DNA of 64,000 nt, from NCBI GenBank assembly GCA_965216875.1, contig OZ244207.1, positions 1,440,001 to 1,504,000 of the forward strand. Direction: 5' to 3'. Position numbers and translations under genes: made by a program. The stretch comes from Rubripirellula sp. (lineage in GTDB: Bacteria; Planctomycetota; Planctomycetia; Pirellulales; Pirellulaceae). Below, one piece after another: positions 31,422-40,262 of this stretch; the stretch's first letter is position 1; each line of letters opens with the position of its first letter. The notes under the pieces were generated by a model, which was given only the letters and a program-made list of their open reading frames with translations, had not been told where the DNA came from and made no database searches.

Positions 31422-32789
31422 ATGAAAAGATACGTTGCCTGTTCATCTCTGCCTGTTTCCGTCGAAGAAGCGTTCCAATATCACGAGCGTCCAGGGGCGC
31501 TCGTTCGATTGATCCCACCATGGGAATCGGCCACGGTTGAGTCGAGTGACGGTTCGCTTGAAGTCGGTAGTCGCGTTGTGGTATCGACGCGAATTTTCGG
31601 CATCCCCTTTCGCTGGCGCGCCGAACACACTCTGTATGAGCCGCCGAATTGTTTTGCAGACAAGCAGGTTTCCGGGCCCTTCAAGTCTTGGAATCATGTT
31701 CACCGGTTTGAAGCATCAGGCCAGTACACGTTGTTGCGAGATTCGATCGAGTATGAGCTTCCATTGGGTTTGCCCGGCCGAGTGCTGGGGGACGGCAAGG
31801 CACTCAAAACGATAGAGGCAATGTTTGCTTTTCGGCATCGCGTGACGCGCGATGACCTTACCCTTGCCGCGGATCATCCCTCGGAGCCATTGAAGATTGC
31901 CGTTAGCGGCAGCACCGGACTTGTAGGCAGTCAGTTCTGTTCGCTCATGACCTTGCTCGGCCACGAGATCTTTCCGATTGTGCGTTCGAAGTCAACGGAT
32001 CCGAAATCGATCGCGGCTTGGGATGGCGAGCATGAGAAGCTCTCGGAGGTTGATGCGGTGGTTCATTTGGCGGGCAAACCGATCGCCGGACGTTGGAACG
32101 ACCAATTCAAACAAGAAGTTTTTGAAAGTCGCGTCCCCAAGACTCGGGAGCTTTGCGAAAAGCTTGCGAGTCTTTCAAGCAAACCTAAGACGCTTCTATG
32201 TGCTTCGGCGACAGGCGTCTACGGAGACCGCGGCGACGAGGAATTGACCGAAGACTCTGCCCGCGGCGACAACTTTTTGGCCGATGTTGCGTCGCAGTGG
32301 GAACAAGCTTGCTCCCCCGCGTCGGATGCGGGCATTCGAGTGGTCAATGCACGGTTTGGAATGATCCTTTCACCCAAAGACGGCGCGCTCAAGAAAATGT
32401 TACTGCCAGCCAAGTTCTGTGGCGGCGCGCTTGGAAATGGAAAGCAGTGGTGGGGCTGGATTGCGTTGGAAGATGCGATCGGCGCGATTTACCACGTGTT
32501 GCAAACGCCCTCGCTTTCCGGGCCCGTCAACTTTGTCGCCCCTGATCCATGCACCAATCGCCAGTTCGCCGCGACGCTCGGTTCGGTCGTTCGCAGGCCT
32601 GCTCTGTTCCCAGCACCTAAGTTTGGGCTTCGAATCGCGTTGGGCGAAATGGCCGATTCGTTGTTGTTTGCCAGCACGCGGGTGACGCCAACCCGTTTGC
32701 AACAATCGCGGTACCGGTATCGATTCACCGACCTGGGCGATGCCCTCAGCTTCTACCTTGGCCGGCCACGATTGGCCTCGGCCGAATGA
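31422..32789 (+). CDS. TIGR01777 family epimerase-like oxidoreductase with N-terminal SRPBCC domain
   Basis: N-terminal HERPGA..PPW..GPF..W.H.H; GSTGLVG, HLAG, ASATGVYG, GPVNFVAP. Confidence 0.9.
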   Translation: MKRYVACSSLPVSVEEAFQYHERPGALVRLIPPWESATVESSDGSLEVGSRVVVSTRIFGIPFRWRAEHTLYEPPNCFADKQVSGPFKSWNHVHRFEASGQYTLLRDSIEYELPLGLPGRVLGDGKALKTIEAMFAFRHRVTRDDLTLAADHPSEPLKIAVSGSTGLVGSQFCSLMTLLGHEIFPIVRSKSTDPKSIAAWDGEHEKLSEVDAVVHLAGKPIAGRWNDQFKQEVFESRVPKTRELCEKLASLSSKPKTLLCASATGVYGDRGDEELTEDSARGDNFLADVASQWEQACSPASDAGIRVVNARFGMILSPKDGALKKMLLPAKFCGGALGNGKQWWGWIALEDAIGAIYHVLQTPSLSGPVNFVAPDPCTNRQFAATLGSVVRRPALFPAPKFGLRIALGEMADSLLFASTRVTPTRLQQSRYRYRFTDLGDALSFYLGRPRLASAE

Positions 32790-32801
32790 ATGGTTGTCAA
32801 A

Positions 32802-32910
32802 ACACTCTCCCTTGGGAGAGTCGGGCTCTAAGGCCCGGAGAGGGTTTGTTTTGTCTCGATCATTCCCTCCCCGGACTTTAGCGTCCGACCCTCCCGCAAG
32901 CGGGAGGGTG
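32802..32910. repeat. Composite palindromic repeat family D (inverted copy)
   Basis: Reverse complement of 24528-24644. Confidence 0.85.
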
Positions 32911-33278
32911 ATATTTGGAACGCGCGTTAACTCGGGCAAGCACTTCTAAGGGGGCACGCCACTGCTGATGGGGGATCGGGAATGGGCACGTGTCGATCTG
33001 TCCAGCAGTTGGGTGGCCCCCTCGTTCTTGATTGATCAACAGAGTGCTTGGTCAATTGCATCTGGTCGTCAGCCGAGCCATCCTATACGGATCGACGCTG
33101 TTCGAACGAATCGCCTCCGTAGAGTCCTCTTTGGTTTTTATTCAACATGGCGATTTGGATTGGCGGGCACATGGTGCGCCCCAACAAGCGTCCGATCGTG
33201 CCTAGACGTCGCACGCCTTCCGCAGAGTCGTCGACAATTTGCTGAACTTATTCTTAACACTTTGAAATGGATAAACCG

Positions 33279-34523
33279 ATGCGCCGCGCCAAACGCTTCC
33301 TGTTGGTCGTACCCCTCCTTTCCGGTCTGCTCGTACCGTCGTTTGCACTAGGTGACACCTGGACTGACGTCTCGGGCAAGCACACCATTGAAGCCAAATT
33401 CCTGAGCGTCGCTGGTGGCAAGGTCTATCTCGAAAAGGCGGACGGCACTCGTATTGCTGTACCAATCAAACAGCTTTCGCCAGAGAGTTTGGCTCAGGCG
33501 AAGGCCGCCTATGAAGCTTCCAAGGGTGCAAGTTCGACAGCGGTCGTGCCACGCGATGCCTCGATGAAGGCAGCTTCGGCGCCATCCGGAAAAAGCAAGC
33601 TTGGGTCAAATCCGACGGCTCGCGAAACGGCCGAAGCTCTTACCGCTGCCGTGGCCGAATTTGACATGGTGACAATGTGGGATGCCTTCCCACCGAAGTA
33701 CCAGGACGACATCACCGGCACGATCCAACTCGCCGCAAAATCGATCGACTCGTCGATGTGGAACAGCGTCACCGGTCTGCTGAAGAAGGCAAGCCGCCTC
33801 GTGTCGGAGAAGAAAGAGTTTTTCATGGGCAACGCGATGATCGGCCAACAGATGCCGCCAGGTCCTGAGACCGATAAGGTTTGGGATGCAAGTGCCGCCC
33901 TGCTTGCCGCCTACGTGAACTCGAGCATCACCAACCAAAACACAATGAAGAGTTTTGATATGGATAACTTCATTGCCAAGGACGTGCCGAAGCTTCGCGC
34001 AGCTTACACCGAGCTACAAGCGTTGACCGAAGACCTTGATGATTCGCCTTTCGGCCAGATCTCGGAAGTCCCGACCATCGAAGTCGTTTCCGAAAGCTCC
34101 GACAAAGCAGTCTTCAAGGTCACGACCAACGGCGAGACCGAGGAGCAAACGGTCGTCAAAGTTGACAACCGCTGGCTACCCGAGGATATGGTTCGCGACT
34201 GGGACAAAGAAATCCAAAAGGCCCATGAGAGCCTGAAGCAACTTGCTACGCCTGAAGGACAGCAGGGAATGATGCAAGCACAAATGATGCTTGGCATGGT
34301 GGGTGGTCCCATTGACCAAATGCTCGCCGCAAATTCGCAACAGGAATTTGACAACGTGATCAACGGCATCATGCAGATGGCGATGGGCATGATGGGTGGC
34401 ATGGGCGGACCCGGAGGCCCAGGTGGTTTTGGACCTGGCGGTCCCGGTGGCTTCGGACCAGGCGGCCCCGGTGGCGGACCACCTCCAGGATTTGGTGGCG
34501 ACGCGTTTCCCGATGACTTTTAA
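33279..34523 (+). CDS. SHD1 domain secreted protein with Gly/Pro-rich tail
   Basis: WTDVSGKHTIEAKF...V.L...DG..IAVPIKQLS (SHD1-like); GPGG repeats at the C-terminus. Confidence 0.85.
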   Translation: MRRAKRFLLVVPLLSGLLVPSFALGDTWTDVSGKHTIEAKFLSVAGGKVYLEKADGTRIAVPIKQLSPESLAQAKAAYEASKGASSTAVVPRDASMKAASAPSGKSKLGSNPTARETAEALTAAVAEFDMVTMWDAFPPKYQDDITGTIQLAAKSIDSSMWNSVTGLLKKASRLVSEKKEFFMGNAMIGQQMPPGPETDKVWDASAALLAAYVNSSITNQNTMKSFDMDNFIAKDVPKLRAAYTELQALTEDLDDSPFGQISEVPTIEVVSESSDKAVFKVTTNGETEEQTVVKVDNRWLPEDMVRDWDKEIQKAHESLKQLATPEGQQGMMQAQMMLGMVGGPIDQMLAANSQQEFDNVINGIMQMAMGMMGGMGGPGGPGGFGPGGPGGFGPGGPGGGPPPGFGGDAFPDDF

Positions 34524-34548
34524 ATAACGCTGATTCTCGAGCGATACC

Positions 34549-34591
34549 AACGTCGCGTGGCGATCAATCGATTGATTCGCTACGCGACGTT
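34549..34591. terminator. Long palindrome between convergent genes
   Basis: AACGTCGCGTGGCGATCAATCGATTGATTCGCTACGCGACGTT is nearly perfectly self-complementary. Confidence 0.55.
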
Positions 34592-35375
34592 AACCGGTTT
34601 CCGCTACCTCCAACGCCCGTTCGACCTGTCTTTTAAGGCGTTGAAGCAAGTCCCGAGGCGCAAGGATTCGTACTGTTGCTCCCGGCCCCTCATCTATCGG
34701 GTACACGCCAAGTTGAGCAGCCGGATACTCTGAAGCGGTTGCCTTGAGAATTGGCCCAATCTTGCCTTCGCCCATATCAGTGCGTATCTCCAGTTTCTCG
34801 AATTGGGAGGGGCCCAGGCCGTGGGACTTGGAAAGCGAGAGCAAGAACTTTTCGATCATCGGATTCAGCTCGCGAGGAATTCCTGGAAAGGCGCTGACAT
34901 TGCCAATCGTAAAGCCTGGCGCCGCGCCCATGATGTTTTCGATAACGACAGCACCTTCCGGGAGCAAAGCCATTTTTAGACGATGCTCGTTCAGTTCTAG
35001 TTTGGTTGGATCTTTCCCCTCCTTTCTTGCTGTGGCTTGGCGGCGTTCATAGAACGATTGCAACTGCCGAACTGCTTCAGGATGTTCGAGCCGTTTTACG
35101 CAGAACGCGTCCGCAATGCACTCGGCAGTGATGTCATCGTGAGTTGGTCCAAGTCCTCCGCTCACGATGACATGTTCATAACGCTCCCGAAGGTGATCGA
35201 CAGCCGAAACGATTTCATTGTGGACATCCTCGACGACCCTAGCCTCGATGATCCTCGCATCGTAGGGACTTAGATGCCGTGCAACGTTCTGTAAGTTGGC
35301 ATCCCGAGTGTTGCCGTTAAGTACCTCATTAGCGACAACCAGCATCGCCCATCTTCTTACCGGAGAAGCCGTCAT
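34590..35375 (-). CDS. CinA N-terminal / COG1058 molybdopterin-binding-like pyrophosphatase
   Basis: ANEVLNGNTRDAN, SGGLGPTHDDITAE, MA.LPEGA..IEN..GAAPGF, FPGIPREL; no PncC domain. Confidence 0.88.
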   Translation of the reverse strand: MTASPVRRWAMLVVANEVLNGNTRDANLQNVARHLSPYDARIIEARVVEDVHNEIVSAVDHLRERYEHVIVSGGLGPTHDDITAECIADAFCVKRLEHPEAVRQLQSFYERRQATARKEGKDPTKLELNEHRLKMALLPEGAVVIENIMGAAPGFTIGNVSAFPGIPRELNPMIEKFLLSLSKSHGLGPSQFEKLEIRTDMGEGKIGPILKATASEYPAAQLGVYPIDEGPGATVRILAPRDLLQRLKRQVERALEVAETG

Positions 35376-38300
35376 CGGTTTGTATCCTTGACCTGTTCAA
35401 ACAACTTGATGAACTCGCGTCTCGTTACGTCCGCGAGTTTGCTTGGTTTGATGTCTTTCGACTTAAGCAACAATCGGAGCAATGTGTCGGCAAGCTGGGG
35501 TGAGTACTTTATGTAGTTCTTGATCTTCGACCGTTCGATCACCTTCGCTTCTCTGGTATCCAGTTCATCGATGGTGAGGTTCGACAGCGGAACGTCAAAC
35601 TCGAGTTTGCCTTCACTTGACGGCAAGCGGCAAACTGGGATGCCAATACCTCGACGGAAACGCGAGATTTCAGCGTTGGGCGAGGTGAGGTAGTTCAGGA
35701 TTTTGCATCCAACTTCAGCAGTGCCTTGAGCCACATTAGGGGGAATGGCTAGATACCATTGGCCTGCCGTAGTGATGCGACCTGGCAGATTACGCGCCTT
35801 TAAGTTCACGTTTTCAAGATCCTGGGACAGGTCGTTGGCAAGCTTGTCCGAAAGATCTTGAGCCGTGGAAAACCACTGCCTCCATACGGTGGCGGTGCGG
35901 TCGACTTGAAACGCCTCTGGGTCAGGTGAACCGGCGGCAAGCAGCTTCGAGTAACGCCGACTCTCAAAGGACTTGCGCAGTAGTCTGCAAAAAACGGTTC
36001 CCGACGCGATGGCCACTTCGTGATGATTCCCTTTCTTGTTCATGTCCGGAATTGACCATGCGTAGTGGTCCCCTCGAGCATCGTGTTTGAAAAAATCGTC
36101 GCCCATCTGATAAGCGAAGATCTCAAGGAACAGTGAATTAATGTTCTCCACAACGCCAAAAGGGCAGTCAAATCTGATCGAGGGGTTTACCTTGTCGGCC
36201 TCGCGTGCCATCGCTTCCCAAGGGTTGGGATCTGAATAGATTTTTTTGAGTGTTCCGCTACCATCATCGCGATAGCACAAGAACGAAATGTTGTCATAGA
36301 AGGGAACAGCAGTGAACTCCTTTGAGGAGTTTAACCAGACTTGGCGGCTGATTCGTTTTGGCAGGCTTTGGATTGCGCCACCGAATGCCGATTGTGGAAG
36401 TCGTTTGCTAAGCGTGCTCTCGGGGGTTCGCTTCCAATCTTGCTCGAGAGTCGCAGGTTGTTTTATTCTCGTTCGACCGGCCTTACGAATCTCTGAGACC
36501 TGAAAGGAGTCCAAGGCGACGATGGGAAGTCCGGGAAGCGCCGAATCGTGACTCGCTTCAAAGGCGAAGAATGCGGCATCGCGGTCAAGCGACCGGACGG
36601 TAACTTCAGGAGCTAGCGTCGACGTGAGCACTTCCTTTTGATTGTTCAGATAGTCATCCATGCGATAGCTTTCAAGTGGAACGACGAGTCGAACAGGCTC
36701 TTCTTGCACCCTACCGGACAGGTCCGTCGCAAGCATTCGCTCAAGGGGTTGAGTTGCCAGGCCTGACTCCGACTCTGGTATCAATTCAACTGATTCCCAT
36801 CGGTGACTCATCCTCGGCGTTTTGGTTACCCGAAGTAACATACGACGACGCCCGAGAAGTTCTTTCGGCTCAATTTCCAGCAACATGTCGGCGGCTTCAT
36901 GGATCGCTCTGCAAATGCTGGACGACTGCAAGTCTTCGACTTTGCGATCCGTTGCAAGGATTGCAACCTGTCGGCGGCGAAACCAACGAATCAGTGATGG
37001 CCCGAAGTCTGGTTCAAGATCCAGTAGTGGGCTGAGGTGGCTCCATTCCGTCGGCGCATCGAGCAACACTCGATCGATGATCGTTCCGTCATCTCTTGCC
37101 TGTTCCCAGACATCTTCCAGGTGTTTAAATAGCTCCCCCGCACTTCCAAAGCCCGGTTTCAGCTTGAGCGTGTCGATCTGTTTCTGCAGATAAATGTTAC
37201 CGCGTGATAGAAACGTATTCTCATCAGGCGCTAGCTCCTGCGCTCGATACAAGAGGTTGTTTCGAATCGCGCGTTTGACCGACTTGGACGCTAATCGATG
37301 ATCGATCTCTGATTGCTCAAATCGCATGCTCACAACGAGTCCTTTGCGATTGAGATTGTCGGATCGCGATCCAGAGGGCAGCAGCTTTTTTGATTGCTGA
37401 GTTGTTCGCCGCACCGCTGGGTCACAAAAATCTTGCTGGTTGAGCCAACTGGCGAAGGCTAGGCCCAAGTGCGTTTTGAACGTCCCAATCGGACCTGAAA
37501 CCAAGATCAGATCACCCTGCCGCACGGACTTTTCGCCCAAGTGACGATCCAAGCTTGGCAGTCCAAAGTAGCCATCAGAGCTTCCGTCGCTCGGCAAGGA
37601 TCTTACGACTCGTACGCTATCGATCGAATCGATCGCAGCAGCAGTGAGCGAGATACGGATGCCCTCACCGGATCGGATCGCAAAAAACTGCTGCCCACGA
37701 ATCTCACGCTGGAATCGGGATTTCGTGACAGCCAAACTGCGTTTGGTGTAGTCACCTGCTTTTTGGTAACCCAGTCGAATCACAGTATCGGCGATGTCTT
37801 CGCCGAAACCGAGCCAACGCTCGTCGTCCTCTTCTGCAACGAGCACAACGTTCGCGCCTGTGTCGCAAGCCTTGCGGAGTGCAGCGTACATCAGCCGCCG
37901 CGGCTTGGATCGCTCTGGATCGCTCTCGGCCTGGTCGTCCAGAAGTAACGCATTGACCGGATCAATAAAGATCGCTCGCGGGCCATCGGGAACCATGTTT
38001 TCCGAAACAGCCTTAAGAGCGTCCAGTACGGTTTCAAGCGGCATCGGAGCATTGGCGGTGTCCTTCTTCGCGCCGTTGCCTGAAGCCTTTTCTTCCGTGT
38101 CCGTGTCATCGCTGTCCTGAACTTGGTGAGTCAGCGCACACAAAACGCCGAGTGACTTAGGCGATGAGACCACTTCGTTGGGATCGTTTTCACGCGTCTG
38201 GTAAGCTGCAACGCGTGAGGCTTCGAGTCGGAATCGTCGATCGATTGAATCGGGAGACATCGATTCCAACATGTATCGAACGTCTCGCGCGGTCAGTTCT

Positions 38301-39496
38301 AATCCGAAATACCAAGCGGTTCCGCCCTTGGCCGCAACCTCTGCAGCGAGTTGCAATGAGAGAAGAGACTTCCCCGTGCCGTAGCCACCGCGTACCAAAA
38401 CGACGCGGCCCCGTGGGATATTGGTCTCATGGGTGGTGTAGAACGCAGGTGTGTCGCAAAAATTGATGCCGCCACCACCAAACAGATCGTCGAAACCCGG
38501 GATCATGGTGGGGAGGCCAAACAGGTTTGAGATCATGTACTCAAGATCGATCTCAACCGGCACGAATCGAAACCTGCCCTGACGAGAATGTGTCGTGATG
38601 TATTTGCACAACAGGCAAGTTGCAATGAAACCATGACTTTCGGGGGTCAAGCCGTCACTGCGTCTGACCCTACCAGCTTTCCGCAACCGAGTCGAAAGAT
38701 CTTCATAGAGCACGGTCCGCGATCGATGGTTTTTGTGAGGAATGATGTCCTCTAGCGAATGTGCAAACGTTCGGAACGTTTCCAACGCATCGACTTCGCT
38801 ATTGATGCCGTACATGCGGCGAATCGTCCGGCGAAGCCAGTAGTTGCGAACTGCGGGTTCGACGGAATCGCCGAAGACCAGTTCGCCCACTTCGTGAAGA
38901 CTGAAAAAAAGGAAGTGCGAATCTCGTTTCTGCCGATCAAGCTTGCGAGACACAAGCTCTGCGCCAAGGCAGCTGACAAGCTCTTCGGTCTGCTTGGAGT
39001 CCAGCCCGAGTCGCTTGCTCGTCAGGAACGCGGCGAGTACGGATGTGTTTCTATCGGTCCTCCATTTCGCTGCTTTGATTGTTGCGTCGATTTCAGCGCT
39101 GTGCCGTTCGAGCCACTGTTCAAGTTCGCCGTATTTCTTTTTGTCGGTCGAGTAGCGTTTCAGCAAGGCCGCGAGGTGCGGAAAGTCGTCATTGCCAATT
39201 CGTGACCGCAACTTTGGCAAACACTCGACAAGCTCCAGATAGCCCACGACCTCCTTGGAGACGTCTTCCACAATGCTCTTGGAACTTTGGTGTTGCGCGC
39301 GATCTTTTGCTTTATGTATCGACTCGAGTGCTCGGTTGAGATGCTTGTGCGAATTGAAAAGGCGGTTGAGTGTGACGCCCTGTTCGGCGTCGCAATCCCA
39401 CTGAGCGAGCACAAACACGGTCGTGAATCGAGCCATCGACTCAAAGTCGTCGCCAACGTGTTTTCGAACAAACGCTTGGAGCGGAGAAGCTGTCAT
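35372..39496 (-). CDS. KaiC-like tandem RecA-fold ATPase with N-terminal unknown domain and C-terminal solute-binding-protein-like domain
   Basis: Domain 1: TMIPGFDDLFGGG..IPRGRVVLVRGGYGTGKS..IADTVIRL..RSLAVTKSR. Domain 2: FGLPSLDRHLG..GDLILVSGPIGTFKT..AADMLLEI..LRVTK. C-terminus: AVPFYDNISFLCYR, TAGQWYLAIP, ILNYLTS. Confidence 0.85.
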   Translation of the reverse strand: MTASPLQAFVRKHVGDDFESMARFTTVFVLAQWDCDAEQGVTLNRLFNSHKHLNRALESIHKAKDRAQHQSSKSIVEDVSKEVVGYLELVECLPKLRSRIGNDDFPHLAALLKRYSTDKKKYGELEQWLERHSAEIDATIKAAKWRTDRNTSVLAAFLTSKRLGLDSKQTEELVSCLGAELVSRKLDRQKRDSHFLFFSLHEVGELVFGDSVEPAVRNYWLRRTIRRMYGINSEVDALETFRTFAHSLEDIIPHKNHRSRTVLYEDLSTRLRKAGRVRRSDGLTPESHGFIATCLLCKYITTHSRQGRFRFVPVEIDLEYMISNLFGLPTMIPGFDDLFGGGGINFCDTPAFYTTHETNIPRGRVVLVRGGYGTGKSLLSLQLAAEVAAKGGTAWYFGLELTARDVRYMLESMSPDSIDRRFRLEASRVAAYQTRENDPNEVVSSPKSLGVLCALTHQVQDSDDTDTEEKASGNGAKKDTANAPMPLETVLDALKAVSENMVPDGPRAIFIDPVNALLLDDQAESDPERSKPRRLMYAALRKACDTGANVVLVAEEDDERWLGFGEDIADTVIRLGYQKAGDYTKRSLAVTKSRFQREIRGQQFFAIRSGEGIRISLTAAAIDSIDSVRVVRSLPSDGSSDGYFGLPSLDRHLGEKSVRQGDLILVSGPIGTFKTHLGLAFASWLNQQDFCDPAVRRTTQQSKKLLPSGSRSDNLNRKGLVVSMRFEQSEIDHRLASKSVKRAIRNNLLYRAQELAPDENTFLSRGNIYLQKQIDTLKLKPGFGSAGELFKHLEDVWEQARDDGTIIDRVLLDAPTEWSHLSPLLDLEPDFGPSLIRWFRRRQVAILATDRKVEDLQSSSICRAIHEAADMLLEIEPKELLGRRRMLLRVTKTPRMSHRWESVELIPESESGLATQPLERMLATDLSGRVQEEPVRLVVPLESYRMDDYLNNQKEVLTSTLAPEVTVRSLDRDAAFFAFEASHDSALPGLPIVALDSFQVSEIRKAGRTRIKQPATLEQDWKRTPESTLSKRLPQSAFGGAIQSLPKRISRQVWLNSSKEFTAVPFYDNISFLCYRDDGSGTLKKIYSDPNPWEAMAREADKVNPSIRFDCPFGVVENINSLFLEIFAYQMGDDFFKHDARGDHYAWSIPDMNKKGNHHEVAIASGTVFCRLLRKSFESRRYSKLLAAGSPDPEAFQVDRTATVWRQWFSTAQDLSDKLANDLSQDLENVNLKARNLPGRITTAGQWYLAIPPNVAQGTAEVGCKILNYLTSPNAEISRFRRGIGIPVCRLPSSEGKLEFDVPLSNLTIDELDTREAKVIERSKIKNYIKYSPQLADTLLRLLLKSKDIKPSKLADVTRREFIKLFEQVKDTNR

Positions 39497-40242
39497 CGAG
39501 CCGAATTCCTACGGAGGCCAATACGTTCTTGAAAGCCAGTTTTTTTCGCAGGAAGCGCCTTGAGAGAAAGCCGCAAGTCGTATTGTTTGTTCATGATTGC
39601 GTTGGCAGGCGCTGCGGTTAGGACTTCAGGGCGGTGTGCAGGCGAATGTTCCACCGCAATAGCAAACGCAGCTGGCTCAACCACTTCAGTATTGAAAACG
39701 GTTTCGTCTTGCGATTCTTCGATGGGGGCTTCGTCCGCTAGCTCAACCGGTTGTGGCAGTGCATTGACTTCCTCGTCGCATCTCCCCTGGTCATCGCAAC
39801 CGAATACCTTGCCGCCATGTTTGAGTGTGAGTGCGAGTGAATTGAAATAGATAACAGCTGTCCGCAAAACATCGCTTGGTGAGGGCACGTGGTCATGTTT
39901 GTCCTTCATGTGTGCCTTGATGACTGCAATCAGGTTCGCGTGCCTTGGTTGTTTCGCGATTAGCAAGTTCTTTGTGAATCCGCCCGTCTGATCGTTCGAG
40001 CTCATTGCGAGCGATTTGATCGGCGATGCCACGTAGTAGGTTTCGCTTTGGTCAGAGTTTGAAACCAACAGTTGCTTTTCGCGATCGATTTCAAGAAGGC
40101 GGCGCAATAGATCAAGCGCTATACACAGCGATTCCGGGCGACCTTTGTTTCCATGCAGCTCGCGTGATATCAGGCAAAAGCTGTCTCGATCACTCTCGTG
40201 CAGTCGAAAGGAAAAGCGTTCCTTGGATTTTTTTTCAGACAT
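39493..40242 (-). CDS. Hypothetical protein, probable tandem ribbon-helix-helix DNA-binding protein
   Basis: Two similar modules: RFSFRL..PESLCIALDLL.. and NLLI..SDVLRTAV..GGKV; ATGA overlap with the KaiC-like gene. Confidence 0.6.
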   Translation of the reverse strand: MSEKKSKERFSFRLHESDRDSFCLISRELHGNKGRPESLCIALDLLRRLLEIDREKQLLVSNSDQSETYYVASPIKSLAMSSNDQTGGFTKNLLIAKQPRHANLIAVIKAHMKDKHDHVPSPSDVLRTAVIYFNSLALTLKHGGKVFGCDDQGRCDEEVNALPQPVELADEAPIEESQDETVFNTEVVEPAAFAIAVEHSPAHRPEVLTAAPANAIMNKQYDLRLSLKALPAKKTGFQERIGLRRNSAR

Positions 40243-40262
40243 TGTCTTGCCTATCGTTGACC

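Noticed and set aside
35372..39496. Circadian clock kaiC
   Set aside because: No kaiA or kaiB nearby, phospho-acceptor Ser/Thr absent, second Walker A degenerate and large extra domains present; gene symbol withheld.
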